Below are positions 20,600 through 31,001 of a stretch of DNA of 64,000 bases, piece after piece. Source of the stretch: Candidatus Marinacidobacterales bacterium (GTDB lineage: Bacteria; Acidobacteriota; Vicinamibacteria; Marinacidobacterales; DATDRI01); contig OZ245365.1 in assembly GCA_965226495.1 (NCBI GenBank), forward strand, positions 1,344,001-1,408,000, given 5' to 3'. Position 1 is the stretch's first letter; every line of letters begins with the position of its first letter. A program made the position numbers and the translations under genes. The notes beneath the pieces are model-generated. The model saw only the letters and a list, made by a program, of their open reading frames with translations, searched no databases and was not told where the DNA came from.

Positions 20600-21931
20600 C
20601 TAGTCTCGCTCGTGCACGACCCGACCGTCCTGAATAACAACTTCAGGATGGACGAGTGCCCGGAGATTCTCCAAGGGATTGTCAGATACGATGATCAAGT
20701 CCGCTTTCTTTGCCGTTTCGATGCTGCCGATCTCATCGCCTCGCTGTAGCGCTTCGGCCGCGTGTTGCGTCGCCGCCTGCAGGATGCTCATCGGTGACAA
20801 ACCGCCACGGGCCAATCCTTCCAATTCCTGCGCATAGATATCGTCGATCTTCAGCATGTCCATCGGATTCGAATCGGTGCCCACGCCAAATTTCAAGCCA
20901 ACAGTCTGCATGGACTCGAACAGAGACATCGCGTTTTGGTGAGTATGACCCTGATTGATTTCCATCCAATTACCTTTGACGTGCGCGTTCCCGGCCAGCT
21001 CTCGCAGATGATAGCCTATCGTTGGGACGACGTAGATCCCCTGGCGGGCCATGTCCCTGAGTATGCTTTCCCTGTCCGGGCCGTAGGGGTACAGGTGTTG
21101 CACGCTATGGACCCCTGCGTCGGCGGCGACCCGCCCTGAAACCAGGTTCCGATCCGGTAAGCCGCCGATGTGGGCCGTAACGAAAATCTTCCAATCGTTG
21201 GCCTCTTCTACGACGGCTTTGAGCTCTTCCACCGTGTAGGGCGGCGTCACCTTAATGAAATCAGCGCCGTACATAACCGCTTCGCGTACACGCTCGCGAA
21301 ATTCCCATGGCCCCGTCGCTACCGCTGCGTAGACGGGTTTTTCGTATGGAATAAATTCTGTCGCGTGGCCAGCGGGCGTCGTGATTACTGGTCCTGAGAC
21401 GTACAGCCTCGAGCCGCCGATCAATCCCATCCTCTGAGCGCGCTTGAGCGAATAACCGACGTTGAAACGGGAACCAACGTCAGCAACCGTCGTGACACCG
21501 ATTTCCTGATACTTCTCCAGAAATCGTTCTGCCCGGACTGCGTTCATGACGTCGTCTTCGACATTCCAGCCCGTCGGCACGAAATAAGTTATGTGAGCAT
21601 GCAGGTCGATAAGACCCGGAGTGACCCACTTGCCGTCCGCACTGATGCGAATGGCATTCTCCGGAATTTCGGAAGCGCCAAGTTCGGCGAATCTACCGTT
21701 CTGGATAAAGATTCCAGGATTCGCCGCTGCTCCTCTGCCGGTGCCGTCGATTAGTGTGCCACCCTCGACGAAAATCGGTACGTCCGGCCCGGCATCCTCG
21801 ACAAAGTCGTGCAAATCACCGGTATACAGGAACGTAATGTCCGGATCTTCGAACTCCTTCTGCGCAGCGTTAACGTCGAAGGCGACGAACAAGGCGAAAT
21901 AGACGGGTAGCAAGCGAGTCGCAATTTTCAT
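20600..21931 (-). CDS. Amidohydrolase 1 family (imidazolonepropionase-like), secreted
   Basis: PGLIDLHAH, GVTTV, GADFIK, AH, GTDS, GSIETAKKADL. Confidence 0.88.
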   Translation of the reverse strand: MKIATRLLPVYFALFVAFDVNAAQKEFEDPDITFLYTGDLHDFVEDAGPDVPIFVEGGTLIDGTGRGAAANPGIFIQNGRFAELGASEIPENAIRISADGKWVTPGLIDLHAHITYFVPTGWNVEDDVMNAVRAERFLEKYQEIGVTTVADVGSRFNVGYSLKRAQRMGLIGGSRLYVSGPVITTPAGHATEFIPYEKPVYAAVATGPWEFRERVREAVMYGADFIKVTPPYTVEELKAVVEEANDWKIFVTAHIGGLPDRNLVSGRVAADAGVHSVQHLYPYGPDRESILRDMARQGIYVVPTIGYHLRELAGNAHVKGNWMEINQGHTHQNAMSLFESMQTVGLKFGVGTDSNPMDMLKIDDIYAQELEGLARGGLSPMSILQAATQHAAEALQRGDEIGSIETAKKADLIIVSDNPLENLRALVHPEVVIQDGRVVHERD

Positions 21932-21950
21932 TTTGGTCCTCCCCAACAGG

Positions 21951-22358
21951 CTACCGAAACGCATTAGCGACTTCGGCGGAGTTTATATACTCTTCGTAAC
22001 TCACGATTTTTCCTTCAACTATTTTGAGGACATGCACAAAGGGAGCGGTGTATGTCTTGCCCGTCGATTTGACCTTGCTTTTTTCACTGCCGGTGACGAG
22101 AACCGTGTCACCCGATGGGTAGAAGTGGTCGAGGTCCATACCAAGAGGTTCGGCGACTTCGCCGTAATCCGCAAAAAATTGAATGACGCCGTCGTGCCCG
22201 GTGTACACGCCTGAAAACGGAATCGTCGTGGCATCGCCGTAATAGATCCATTGAATGTCGTCCGACATGAGGGTCAGCGCCCCGTCCATATCGCCGCCGA
22301 CAAGTGTCTCGTACATTCTCTTGGCGATTTCTATATTCTTCTGGTCAGTATCCACCAT
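21951..22358 (-). CDS. SnoaL-like / NTF2-fold protein
   Basis: GDMDGAL...DDIQW...PFSGVYTGHDGV...GKIV..EEY. Confidence 0.85.
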   Translation of the reverse strand: MVDTDQKNIEIAKRMYETLVGGDMDGALTLMSDDIQWIYYGDATTIPFSGVYTGHDGVIQFFADYGEVAEPLGMDLDHFYPSGDTVLVTGSEKSKVKSTGKTYTAPFVHVLKIVEGKIVSYEEYINSAEVANAFR

Positions 22359-22370
22359 GCACCGCCCCAG

Positions 22371-23057
22371 TTATCGTTCTGTGCTTTTAAACGTTCCAAT
22401 GTATGCCGCCACGCTTCGAAGTGAATGGTCATTGTCGAGTGCCGCAGCGAACGGTTTCATTTGCATACCTGGCTTATCTTTTTCATGCGAGCCCCGCATC
22501 CCGCTTCGATAGCTTTCGAGCTGCCTCAGAACATACCAATCCTGTAACCCGGCCAAGGCCGGAGACTGCAACTCGAGATTGCCTTCGCCGACATTTCCGT
22601 GGCAGTTTGCACACTCCTTTGAGTAGATTTCCCTACCGTCGGCGACCGGGTGTCGAAGCGTCTCTTCCGAATCCGCCGTTGGCAATGTCAGAATGAAGGC
22701 CACAACGTCGTCAACGGATTGGTCGTCCGGTAACGCATTGGCCCGCCCGTTCATCTGCCAGCCGTAGAAATCCTCTACGCCGCCACGAATCTGCTCGCGA
22801 TAGTAGCGCAAGTGTCGCTCCAGATAGTCTCGATCCAACTGCGTCAAATTTGGCGCATTCATTCCGACGTTGCCTTCGCCGTAGACTCCGTGGCAGGCCA
22901 CGCATGTCGTGAAGTAGGCCTTACCACGATCAATATCGCCACGAGCCTCGGGAGCAGGACTTAGCGCGTCGTTAGGCGGGGCAGTATCGGAGCAGGACGG
23001 CAGGATGACTGCCACGCCTAGCAAGGCTATCGTTGGTCGAAAACCCGAGAACGTCAC
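22371..23057 (-). CDS. Dihaem cytochrome c4-type lipoprotein
   Basis: CVACH and CANCH haem motifs, P.LAG..DWY, axial Met; lipobox LPSC; GTG start overlaps the upstream stop. Confidence 0.88.
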   Translation of the reverse strand: MTFSGFRPTIALLGVAVILPSCSDTAPPNDALSPAPEARGDIDRGKAYFTTCVACHGVYGEGNVGMNAPNLTQLDRDYLERHLRYYREQIRGGVEDFYGWQMNGRANALPDDQSVDDVVAFILTLPTADSEETLRHPVADGREIYSKECANCHGNVGEGNLELQSPALAGLQDWYVLRQLESYRSGMRGSHEKDKPGMQMKPFAAALDNDHSLRSVAAYIGTFKSTER

Positions 23058-24538
23058 TATGACGTTCCTAGGAAAGAGTGAAACACACCGTGGGGGTCGT
23101 ATTGCTGTCGGAGCCGCTGCAGGCGCTTCCAGTTGTCCGCCGAGAAACAAAGGCGACTCTCTCTGGTTTCCTGACTAAACTCGTTGAGATAATGGCCAAC
23201 GGCAAACGCCTGCATATCGTCGTAAAAGTCCTTCAACCAGGCCAGATTCGCTTTGTCGTCCGCAGCATTTCCCCATTGTGCGTAAGCCGACATGTAGAAC
23301 TTCCCGGTCAACGAATAAGCCGCATCGGGGAACTCCAACGCACCACGATAAAGGATGACCGGAGTGTCACTTGGCGATGGTGCCAGCCTCATGTGACGTT
23401 CGACGACCTCAGCCGCTTCGACGGCACGTTCTGTAAAGATATTGTCGGCACTGGCCCGGCTTTGCGGAAACGGTCCTTCATTCTCCTGGTATAGCATTTC
23501 AAAGGTCGCGGGCCGGTCCAGGATCGTATCAATGGCTCTTCTCGCGACTTTTTCCGCGCGAATAGGCGCGAGCATTTCTTTCGCTTCTGCCTGGGTATCA
23601 ACGAAGGCCGTTGCGTTCAACAGCACGACTCTTTCACAACGGTCTGCCGAACATTCATCATCGGCCGGTATGACAGCGCCCAGCATCTCAACCGATGGAT
23701 TCATCCCGGGGCCAATTCGGTCCATCATCTCTACCGTCGGTATCAATTCCTCGTAGGGAAGGATGTACGTATCGACCGTGATCGCCTTGGGCAAAGAGTA
23801 ACAGCGGAGATAGAAACGAGTCACGACGAAGAACAAACCCGGGCCGCCACCGCGTGCTGCCCAGAAGAGCTCCGGGTTCTCCTGGGCGTTGATATGAATC
23901 AGCTCGCCGTCCGCGGTGACCGCGTCGAGCGCCTCGATGTTGAACGTGCTCATGCCGCCCCAGGCGACCCCATTCAATCCAAGGCCTCCCCCGAGCAAAT
24001 ATCCGCTGAGCGGCACCATGCCGCAATGTGCGGTGGGAAACGCGAGGCCGTGCTCGCCGAGTCGCGTCACCAGGTCGCGGCCGAGGACGCCGGCCCCAAC
24101 GACCGCTTGCTTGGCGGTGGCGTTGATCTCGACGGACTGGAAGCGGGACAAGTCAAGTAGGATACCGCTGTCGCGCAGGTAACAACCGCTCCAGCTATGG
24201 CCACCCGTGCGGGTTTTGATTCGCATCCCGTTCTGTCTTGCGAAGTTGACGGTCGTAACAACGTCTTCAGGAGAGTCGGCCTGCACAATCAATTCCGGGC
24301 GCCGATCGAACTTACGGTAGTTCCAGATCATGGAATGGCGCCACGGCTCATAGTTCGTCGTGTCGCGAAGAACGACCGTTCCTTCGATACGGCGCTGTAA
24401 TTCGGTGGCTTCTCGTTCGCCGATTTTGATTGCCGATGCAAGCACGCCGGTACTGTTGGGCAGAATCAATCCCGCCGCCAGCACATGGCTCGTCTGTCGA
24501 ATGAACTTGCGGCGCTCGTGATCAACTCCCTTTTTCAT
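23057..24538 (-). CDS. Tat-exported FAD-binding oxidoreductase (VAO/BBE family)
   Basis: RRKFI Tat motif; R-T-G-G-H-S covalent-FAD motif; LFWAARGGG; Y-L-N; YDP.GVF. Confidence 0.9.
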   Translation of the reverse strand: MKKGVDHERRKFIRQTSHVLAAGLILPNSTGVLASAIKIGEREATELQRRIEGTVVLRDTTNYEPWRHSMIWNYRKFDRRPELIVQADSPEDVVTTVNFARQNGMRIKTRTGGHSWSGCYLRDSGILLDLSRFQSVEINATAKQAVVGAGVLGRDLVTRLGEHGLAFPTAHCGMVPLSGYLLGGGLGLNGVAWGGMSTFNIEALDAVTADGELIHINAQENPELFWAARGGGPGLFFVVTRFYLRCYSLPKAITVDTYILPYEELIPTVEMMDRIGPGMNPSVEMLGAVIPADDECSADRCERVVLLNATAFVDTQAEAKEMLAPIRAEKVARRAIDTILDRPATFEMLYQENEGPFPQSRASADNIFTERAVEAAEVVERHMRLAPSPSDTPVILYRGALEFPDAAYSLTGKFYMSAYAQWGNAADDKANLAWLKDFYDDMQAFAVGHYLNEFSQETRESRLCFSADNWKRLQRLRQQYDPHGVFHSFLGTS

Positions 24539-24599
24539 GGACTACGTTTCCTTCGAAGCTTGGTGCTGGGATCGAGTGAGGTGGCCAGCCCCTTTGAGC

Positions 24600-24665
24600 G
24601 TGAAAAATAGCCTTCTACGTGCTGTAAAGTCAACGAGTAGACAGGCCCCGGCTTGCGTGCGAGGC
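24600..24665 (-). repeat. Remnant of HNH-gene 3' end with promoter-like motif
   Basis: Encodes ARKPGPVYSLTLQHV (cf. AREPGPVYSLTFQPV at 31002); minus strand TTGACT-N18-TATTTT. Confidence 0.7.
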
Positions 24666-24682
24666 CGTTCAAGCGTGCATCG

Positions 24683-25603
24683 CTATTCTGGGGATTGGCC
24701 TTCGAGGGCGAGTGCGATGGCACCGATCGTCTCGGGCGTCGTGCGGCAGCACCCGCCGATGAGGCGCGCACCGGCCGCGTACCACTCGGGGGCGCACGCG
24801 ACGATCGGGGGGGACCCTTCGGCCGGAAGCCAGCGATGCCGAGCGGCGTCCCACGTCTCCCCCCTGTTTGGGTAGACGGCGAGGAGCTTCTCCGTCGCGC
24901 CGCGCGCCGAATCGAGGAGACCCGAGACGTGTTGGGGCGCGGTGCAGTTGATTCCCGTCGCGACAACCTTGTCCAAGCCACTCACCAGCCGCACGCAATC
25001 GGCGAATGACTCGCCGTGGCAGACCTCCGTTTCGTTCCGGCAGCTGAAAGTAATCCATGCGGCGGTATCCGGGGCCTCCTCGAGCAGTGCGACGATCGCT
25101 TCCGCTTCCAGGAGGCACGGAACCGTCTCGAAGGCGAGAAGGTCGGGCTCCGCGCTCAGCAGCGCCTCCATTCGAGGCCGATGGAAACGGATGAGCTCTT
25201 CGCGATCGAGCTCATAGTCGCCCCGGTATTCGGAGCCGTCGTGCAGCACCGCGCCGTAGCATCCGATCGATGCGGCGACCAGGCCGCGTCCGTGGCGGTC
25301 CCTGGCACGCTGGGCGAGCTCGACCGACAGCCGTAGCAGCCGTCGAGCTTCTGCCTCGTCCAGCCCTCGGGCCGCGAAACCCTCGAAGCTTGCCTGATAG
25401 CTCGCGCTCGTAGCCACGTCGGCGCCCGCTCGGAAATAGTCGTAGTGCAGGGCCTCGATCTTCTCCGGTGCCTCGAAGAGGAGCTTCGCCGACCAGAGGG
25501 GGTCGTTCAAATCCTCTCCGCGCCGCTCGAGCTCAGTGGCGAGCGCGCCATCGAGCAGTACATAGCCCTTGTCGTCGATGAGCGGTCTCAGCAGATCGTT
25601 CAT
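24683..25603 (-). CDS. mmuM: Homocysteine S-methyltransferase
   Basis: LDGALATELE, LWSA, SYQAS, FETVP, GINC, YPN.GE, IGGCCRTTP. Confidence 0.9.
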   Translation of the reverse strand: MNDLLRPLIDDKGYVLLDGALATELERRGEDLNDPLWSAKLLFEAPEKIEALHYDYFRAGADVATSASYQASFEGFAARGLDEAEARRLLRLSVELAQRARDRHGRGLVAASIGCYGAVLHDGSEYRGDYELDREELIRFHRPRMEALLSAEPDLLAFETVPCLLEAEAIVALLEEAPDTAAWITFSCRNETEVCHGESFADCVRLVSGLDKVVATGINCTAPQHVSGLLDSARGATEKLLAVYPNRGETWDAARHRWLPAEGSPPIVACAPEWYAAGARLIGGCCRTTPETIGAIALALEGQSPE

Positions 25604-25635
25604 GGCTGTTATTTTAGTGTTTCGCGCCAGGTAAT

Positions 25636-25654
25636 TCGTCGGGCCCGCCATTCA
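25636..25654 (+). repeat. Degenerate tRNA-Asp 3' end (att scar)
   Basis: TCGTCGGGCCCGCCATTCA vs TCGTCGGCCCCGCCATTCA (1667-1685), 18/19. Confidence 0.75.
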
Positions 25655-25714
25655 TCAGTGACTCAATGAGTAAACAGGTCGAAGCGATCGGCTAGGTCTG
25701 CAGTTTCGTTCGAA

Positions 25715-25901
25715 GAGCCTTAACGCTTACCGGATCGAAACGGAGCTCTCGTTTCAGAAGCATGGAGCCCCGGAGCTGCCTTCCCATGAGTCCCTCATAC
25801 CGGTGCGGGTGAGCGCGGAGGGGCTCACCTCCTGAGCGTCTGCCCATCAACAGCTTCGCGCTTTTGCCCTGGGCCAGGGTTCACGTTGGTGGAGCGTCGC
25901 G
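25715..25901 (+). repeat. 187-bp dispersed repeat, copy 1 (copy 2 at 44809-44995)
   Basis: Near-identical by direct comparison; lies upstream of the IS91-like transposase. Confidence 0.88.
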
Positions 25902-26079
25902 CAAAGAACTCGTACGGAAACGCCGTCGTGTCTTAGGAGGACGCTTGGGCCGGGGAACACATGGGCTCGGACGCGGACGACACCTTGCCCTTAGAGACGA
26001 AAAAAAAGACCGTCTCCTCCCCCCAAAAGCGGAAATCGCTTGAGGCATTACCACCCCAAACTCGTCTTGACCAGTTCGT

Positions 26080-27414
26080 ATGGAGCCGGCCGCGACATCC
26101 CAACCCAAGGCGAGTCTGGCGCTGTATCGACCTCGCCAAGCCCGGGCGAGCCCCCTGTATCAGCTTTTCGAGGCACACTACGAGGAGGTGAAGGCGCTTT
26201 GGGAGGAGCGCTTTGAAAAGGCGTACGGCTTTTGGCGAGGCTTCATCGACAAGGTGGTGGCCCGCTACCTGGATTGTGGCACCGGAGAAGGAGGCTTCGC
26301 TCGGCTTCGCTGCGAGGAGTGTCATCTCGAGCGACTTTTGACGTTCTCCTGCCGTCCAAGAGGGATCTGCCCGTCGTGCGACGCGAAGCGAGCCGCAGCG
26401 TTTGCGGCTCTGCTTCACGATGAGGTGCTCGAGGACGTGCCTCATCAGATGTGGGTGTTCACGATCCCCAGGATGCTGAGAGTTTACTTTCTTCACCATC
26501 GGGAGCTTTTGGGCGAGCTATCTCGTATCGCGTATGAAACCGTCCAAGAGCTGATGGCAACGGCCTGCTTCGAAGACGACTCCTTCCGCCCGGGGATGGT
26601 CTCAGTCGTGCAGACGTTTGGGGAAGCGGCACGATTCCACCCGCATGTGCATGGTCTTTGTTCTCGAGGAGGTTGGAATGCCCGCGGGGAGTGGATCCCA
26701 GTGCCGTACATCGATACCCAAAAGGCAGAGCAGTTATTTCGTCATCGCGTGATGGGCTCGCTCAGGGACAAAGGCTTATTGAGCGAGCAGCGCATCAAGC
26801 TGCTCCTTTCCTGGAGGAAAAGTGGTTTCAGCATTGACGATTCGGTTCGCATCCCAGCCGGTGAACAACCCATGCTGGAGCGCGTCGCTCGGTACATGCT
26901 GCGAGCTCCAGTGAGCTTGTCGCGACTCCGATGGGCTCGAGGCGACGGTGAAGTCTTCTATGCCGCAAAGCGAGCCCACGACGATCCCGAGCACCCATCT
27001 ATAGAAGGACAACGTCTCGATACACTGGAGTTTCTAGCTCGAGTGATCGCGCAGATCCCAGAGCCGAGGAGACATTTGGTTTGTTACTACGGCCACTACG
27101 CCCACGTCGTGCGAGGAAGGCGTCGAAAGAGCCAAACGCAAAGACAAGTTCTGGACCAGGGCCTTGCTTCTCACCCATACGAGTCAACTTTGAGCCCGCA
27201 GCGCAAGGCTGCCCTTCGACGCCGATGGGCCCATCTCATCCGACGGGTGTTTGAAGTCGACCCGCTCGTTTGCCCCCAATGCGCGGGACCACTCCGCGTC
27301 GTGGCCTTCATCACCGAGCCGCGAGTCATCCGAAAGATCCTCGACCATCTCAAAAAGCGTAACCGCCATAACCGGGCCCCACCTCAGCAACCACCCCTCT
27401 CCCTCAGGGCCTAG
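26080..27414 (+). CDS. IS91-like (Y2 rolling-circle) transposase
   Basis: Zn-binding C..C...FSC..RG.CPSC, QTFG...FHPHVH HUH motif, SGFS, RY..R, YYGHY, C-terminal CPQC. Confidence 0.9.
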   Translation: MEPAATSQPKASLALYRPRQARASPLYQLFEAHYEEVKALWEERFEKAYGFWRGFIDKVVARYLDCGTGEGGFARLRCEECHLERLLTFSCRPRGICPSCDAKRAAAFAALLHDEVLEDVPHQMWVFTIPRMLRVYFLHHRELLGELSRIAYETVQELMATACFEDDSFRPGMVSVVQTFGEAARFHPHVHGLCSRGGWNARGEWIPVPYIDTQKAEQLFRHRVMGSLRDKGLLSEQRIKLLLSWRKSGFSIDDSVRIPAGEQPMLERVARYMLRAPVSLSRLRWARGDGEVFYAAKRAHDDPEHPSIEGQRLDTLEFLARVIAQIPEPRRHLVCYYGHYAHVVRGRRRKSQTQRQVLDQGLASHPYESTLSPQRKAALRRRWAHLIRRVFEVDPLVCPQCAGPLRVVAFITEPRVIRKILDHLKKRNRHNRAPPQQPPLSLRA

Positions 27415-27543
27415 GCCCCACACGACATCTGCCAATTCGACGCCCGTCGTGTATCTCCTCGAGGACCAGGCATCGGTACCAGCACATACCCTTTCCCCAT
27501 TAGCTCGAATGTGCTATTTTCCGGACCTACCGACAGCCGAAGC

Positions 27544-28334
27544 GGTACTGACAATTTAATCGCGTATGAGCCACAATCGACGGATGAATAGACCTGCATC
27601 GATGTACGAACGGCACCGTTTTCCACCCGAGATCATTCAGCACGTTGTCTGGCTCTATCATCGCTTCAATCTGAGCAGCCGCGATATCGAGGATCTTATG
27701 GCCGAGCGTGGCATCGCGATGAGTTACGAGTCGATCCGATTGTGGTGTATCAAGTTTGGTCCCAAGTACGCCAGGCGACTTCGGCGCCGGCATCAGGGTT
27801 ACGGTGATACTTTCTTTATTGACGAGGTCTTCGTCAAGATTCAGGGCAGGCAACACTATCTTTGGCGGGCAGTTGACCAGGACGGCGAGGTTGTGGATGT
27901 GTTTTTACAGCGCCGCAGAGATGGAAAGGCAGCAAAGCGTTTCTTCAAGCGGTTGCTACGAACGAGTGGCTGTGAACCCAGAGGAATCGTCACCGACAAG
28001 CTGAGGAGCTACGGTGTCGCTCACCGCGAACTCATCCCGGATACGATCCATGACACCTCCCAATACGCCAATAATCGAGCCGAGCTTTCACATCAGCCAA
28101 CCAGGGTTAGGGAGCGAGGCATGCGGCGCTTCAAGTCAACGCATCAGGCCCAACGGTTTCTGAGCACGCACGCTGCTGTCTACAATCTTTTCTATTTGGG
28201 GCGGCACTTGATATCGGCCAAACACTATCGAGTTTTCCGACAACGTGTCTTTGCGTCTTGGAATCGTGCGGCGGCAACATAAGTCGTGCATACACGGAAA
28301 ATAGCACGAGCCGAGAAGTTAATTTGTCAGTACC
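27544..28334 (+). mobile_element. IS6 family element, 791 bp
   Basis: TIRs GGTACTGACAATTTAA / TTAATTTGTCAGTACC (15/16); no flanking direct repeat. Confidence 0.9.
27566..28282 (+). CDS. IS6 family transposase
   Basis: HRFPPEII..VVWLY.RF.LS.RD.E, DEVFVKI.G..HYLWRAVD, TDKL.SY, NNRAE.SH. Confidence 0.93.
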   Translation: MSHNRRMNRPASMYERHRFPPEIIQHVVWLYHRFNLSSRDIEDLMAERGIAMSYESIRLWCIKFGPKYARRLRRRHQGYGDTFFIDEVFVKIQGRQHYLWRAVDQDGEVVDVFLQRRRDGKAAKRFFKRLLRTSGCEPRGIVTDKLRSYGVAHRELIPDTIHDTSQYANNRAELSHQPTRVRERGMRRFKSTHQAQRFLSTHAAVYNLFYLGRHLISAKHYRVFRQRVFASWNRAAAT

Positions 28335-28426
28335 CAGGCAGGCGATTGACAGAGAAAATTACAGCAACCAGAGTTTTTAATGCGAATAAAGTCATTTAAC
28401 GATAACGAAAGTTGAAGGAGAAAGTT

Positions 28427-29658
28427 ATGAAGCCATTTCCGACGCAATTTATAAAACCCAAGGTGACCTCCCATTTTGTATTTCTTGCGATCCTTGGTCT
28501 AACGGCCAGCTACAGCCACGCTCAGGACAATGATTTCACCAATGCACTCGAGGCCAGGGTGGCAGCACGCTGGGATTATGAGGCCGAAAGACAAAAGACA
28601 TTGTTGGACAAAGACAAGTTTACTGTCTTCCTGGCGGGTACAGGATCCCCTACCAATCGTAACCGGCTTATGTCGGGCACTGCGGTATTTGCAAACGGAA
28701 AATTTTTCTTGTTTGACGCAGGCGACGGGACGGTGGAAAAGATGGAGCAGATGGGGCTTCCGTTACCGGAGGTCGACGCGGTTCGTCACACATTTTCATT
28801 CGGATCATATAGACGACTTAGGAGCAATCGTACAAAGGAGCTATATTTTGGGTCGTCGAACCTTCCTGCCCATTTTCGGTGGAGAAGTATTCGTCACACA
28901 TTTTATCGGATCATATAGACGACTTAGGAGCAATCGTACAAAGGAGCTATAGTCGTCGAACCTTCCTGCCCATTTTCGGTGGAGAAGGTATTGAAGAAAT
29001 TGTGGAGGCGATCCACAAATTTTATGCACCGGATTTCAGCTACAGGACGGGTCATCACGGAGAGAAATATATGCCCTCCAATCTTGGCCATGCATTTAAG
29101 GGCATGACTATTCGCTTCGATGGTTCGGAACACGGCGAAGGCCACGGTCTAGGCCACGGTATTGGCCACCTCCATGCACCGGATGACGGCCATATAGTCT
29201 ATGCGCAAGACGGAGTCGTAGTGACAGCTTTCACGGTGACTCACGATCCGATTCATCCCGCTTTGGGTTACAGGGTGGATTACGACGGTAAATCTGTAGT
29301 GATCAGTGGAGATTCTAGCGATATGCCAAACCTTCACAAATTCAGCAAGGGGGCTGATGTTCTCGTCGCTGAGGTGATGAATAAGAAAGTCGAAGAGCAG
29401 ATGGAGAATTTTCACAGAGAATTGGGGCATCCTGGTAGAGCAAAAATATTCTTCGATATTCGTAATTATCATTTGAGTACGGATGACGTCGGGAAAATCG
29501 CTGCCGAAGCAGAGGTCAAGACTCTATTATTGACACACCTTATTCCCTCTACTGACGATGAGGACTATATGAATCGGGTTTTCAGAGATGAAGTCGCAAA
29601 GTATTTCAAAGGTAATATTATTCTCGGCAAGGATGGAACGGAATATGTAATTCCCTAG
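28427..29658 (+). pseudogene. MBL-fold hydrolase (RNase Z/AtsA-like), frameshifted by an imperfect ~100-bp tandem duplication
   Basis: GTGSP, DAG.G, TH.HSDH (split), H.P...GYR, SGD, YH, LLLTHL; repeat copies ~28782-28887 and ~28890-28987. Confidence 0.8.
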
Positions 29659-29732
29659 TTTCCTCCCATCCAACCGTACGCGTCCGATTAGGCGCGTACA
29701 GTTTATCGCACCCAACAACGTCGTAGTTAACT

Positions 29733-29966
29733 ATGGAGAAAACCATGAGTTTTAATATATGTCGCCCCGGCCATGATCTCGAGCTCAAGGTTCATGACGG
29801 TATCATCGGAGCAGTCACGCTGTTGAGTGTGGTTGCCGGTTCAATGTTCAATCCTGCGTGGTTCTGGCTCGCGGGTGCTATTGGTGTCGTCATGATCGGC
29901 AGCGCTTTTACGGGTTTCTGCCCGCTCCACTTCGTGCTCGGCAAAGCCATCCGGCCGGCAAACTAA
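29733..29966 (+). CDS. DUF2892 / YgaP-like small membrane protein
   Basis: Two TM helices; SAFTGFCP motif. Confidence 0.75.
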   Translation: MEKTMSFNICRPGHDLELKVHDGIIGAVTLLSVVAGSMFNPAWFWLAGAIGVVMIGSAFTGFCPLHFVLGKAIRPAN

Positions 29967-30324
29967 CGGCGCTGTTAGGTCCGGCTATGGGGTGGTCTTT
30001 TGTACAAGCAAACGACCCGGCTCAACTCGGCACTATCAACAGGGACTGACTTGGAAATCAAGCATGGTGAATCCTTGACGGTCTCAATGACGGTACCGCG
30101 CACTGGTGACGAGGGCTGCAACGGTATGTACCACGCCGCTCCTGGGCCGATTTTTCGGGTGCCCCAGGGGTTATCTGTTATGCTGGCGACGTAGTTTGAT
30201 CGGTTTTGGACGCGGCCACTTGCGGAAAAAGTGGCAACAGGGCGCTTCAGGATCTCGTTTCCAGCGCCGCGATCAATGGTCGTGGGTCCATCTTCCACGC
30301 AGCCGCTCTTATCTTGCGGCGATG

Positions 30325-30912
30325 CATGCCGCCCCAGGCGACACCATTCAATCCAAGGCCTCCCCCGAGCAAATATCCGCTGAGCGGCACCATGCCGCAA
30401 TGTGCGGTGGGAAACGCGAGTCCGTGCTCGCCGAGTCGCGTCACCAGGTCGCGGCCGAGGACGCCGGCCCCAACGACCGCTTGCTTGGCGGTGGCGTTGA
30501 TCTCGACGGACTGGAAGCGGGACAAGTCAAGTAGGATACCGCTGTCGCGCAGGTAACAACCGCTCCAGCTATGGCCACCGGTGCGCGTTTTGATTCGCAT
30601 CCCATTCTGTCTTGCGAAGTTGACCGTCGTAACAACGTCTTCGGGAGAGTCGGCCTGCACAATCAATTCCGGGCGCCGATCAAACTTACGGTAGTTCCAG
30701 ATCATGGAATGGCGCCACGGCTCATAGTTCGTCGTGTCGCGAAGAACGACCGTGCCTTCGATACGGCGCTGTAATTCTGTGGCTTCTCGCTCGCCGATTC
30801 TGATCGCCGATGCAAGCGCGCCGGTGCTGTTGGGCAGAATCAATCCCGCCGCCAGCACATGGCTCGTCTGTCGAATGAACTTGCGCCGCTCGTGATCAAC
30901 TCCCTTTTTCAT
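30325..30912 (-). pseudogene. Truncated duplicate (5' ~196 codons) of the FAD oxidoreductase
   Basis: Near-identical to 23951-24538; homology ends after AWGGM. Confidence 0.9.
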
Positions 30913-31001
30913 AGACTAGGTTTCCTTCGAAGCTAGTGCTGGGATCGAGTGACGTGGGAGCCCCTCACCCTGCCCTCTCCCAAGTTGTGGTGAAAATAGC
31001 C

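Noticed and set aside
25604-25715. SAM riboswitch upstream of mmuM
   Set aside because: The leader is occupied by an att scar; no SAM aptamer consensus recognised.
29975-30324. Possible gene fragment fused to the truncated oxidase
   Set aside because: No recognisable motif in the frames examined.
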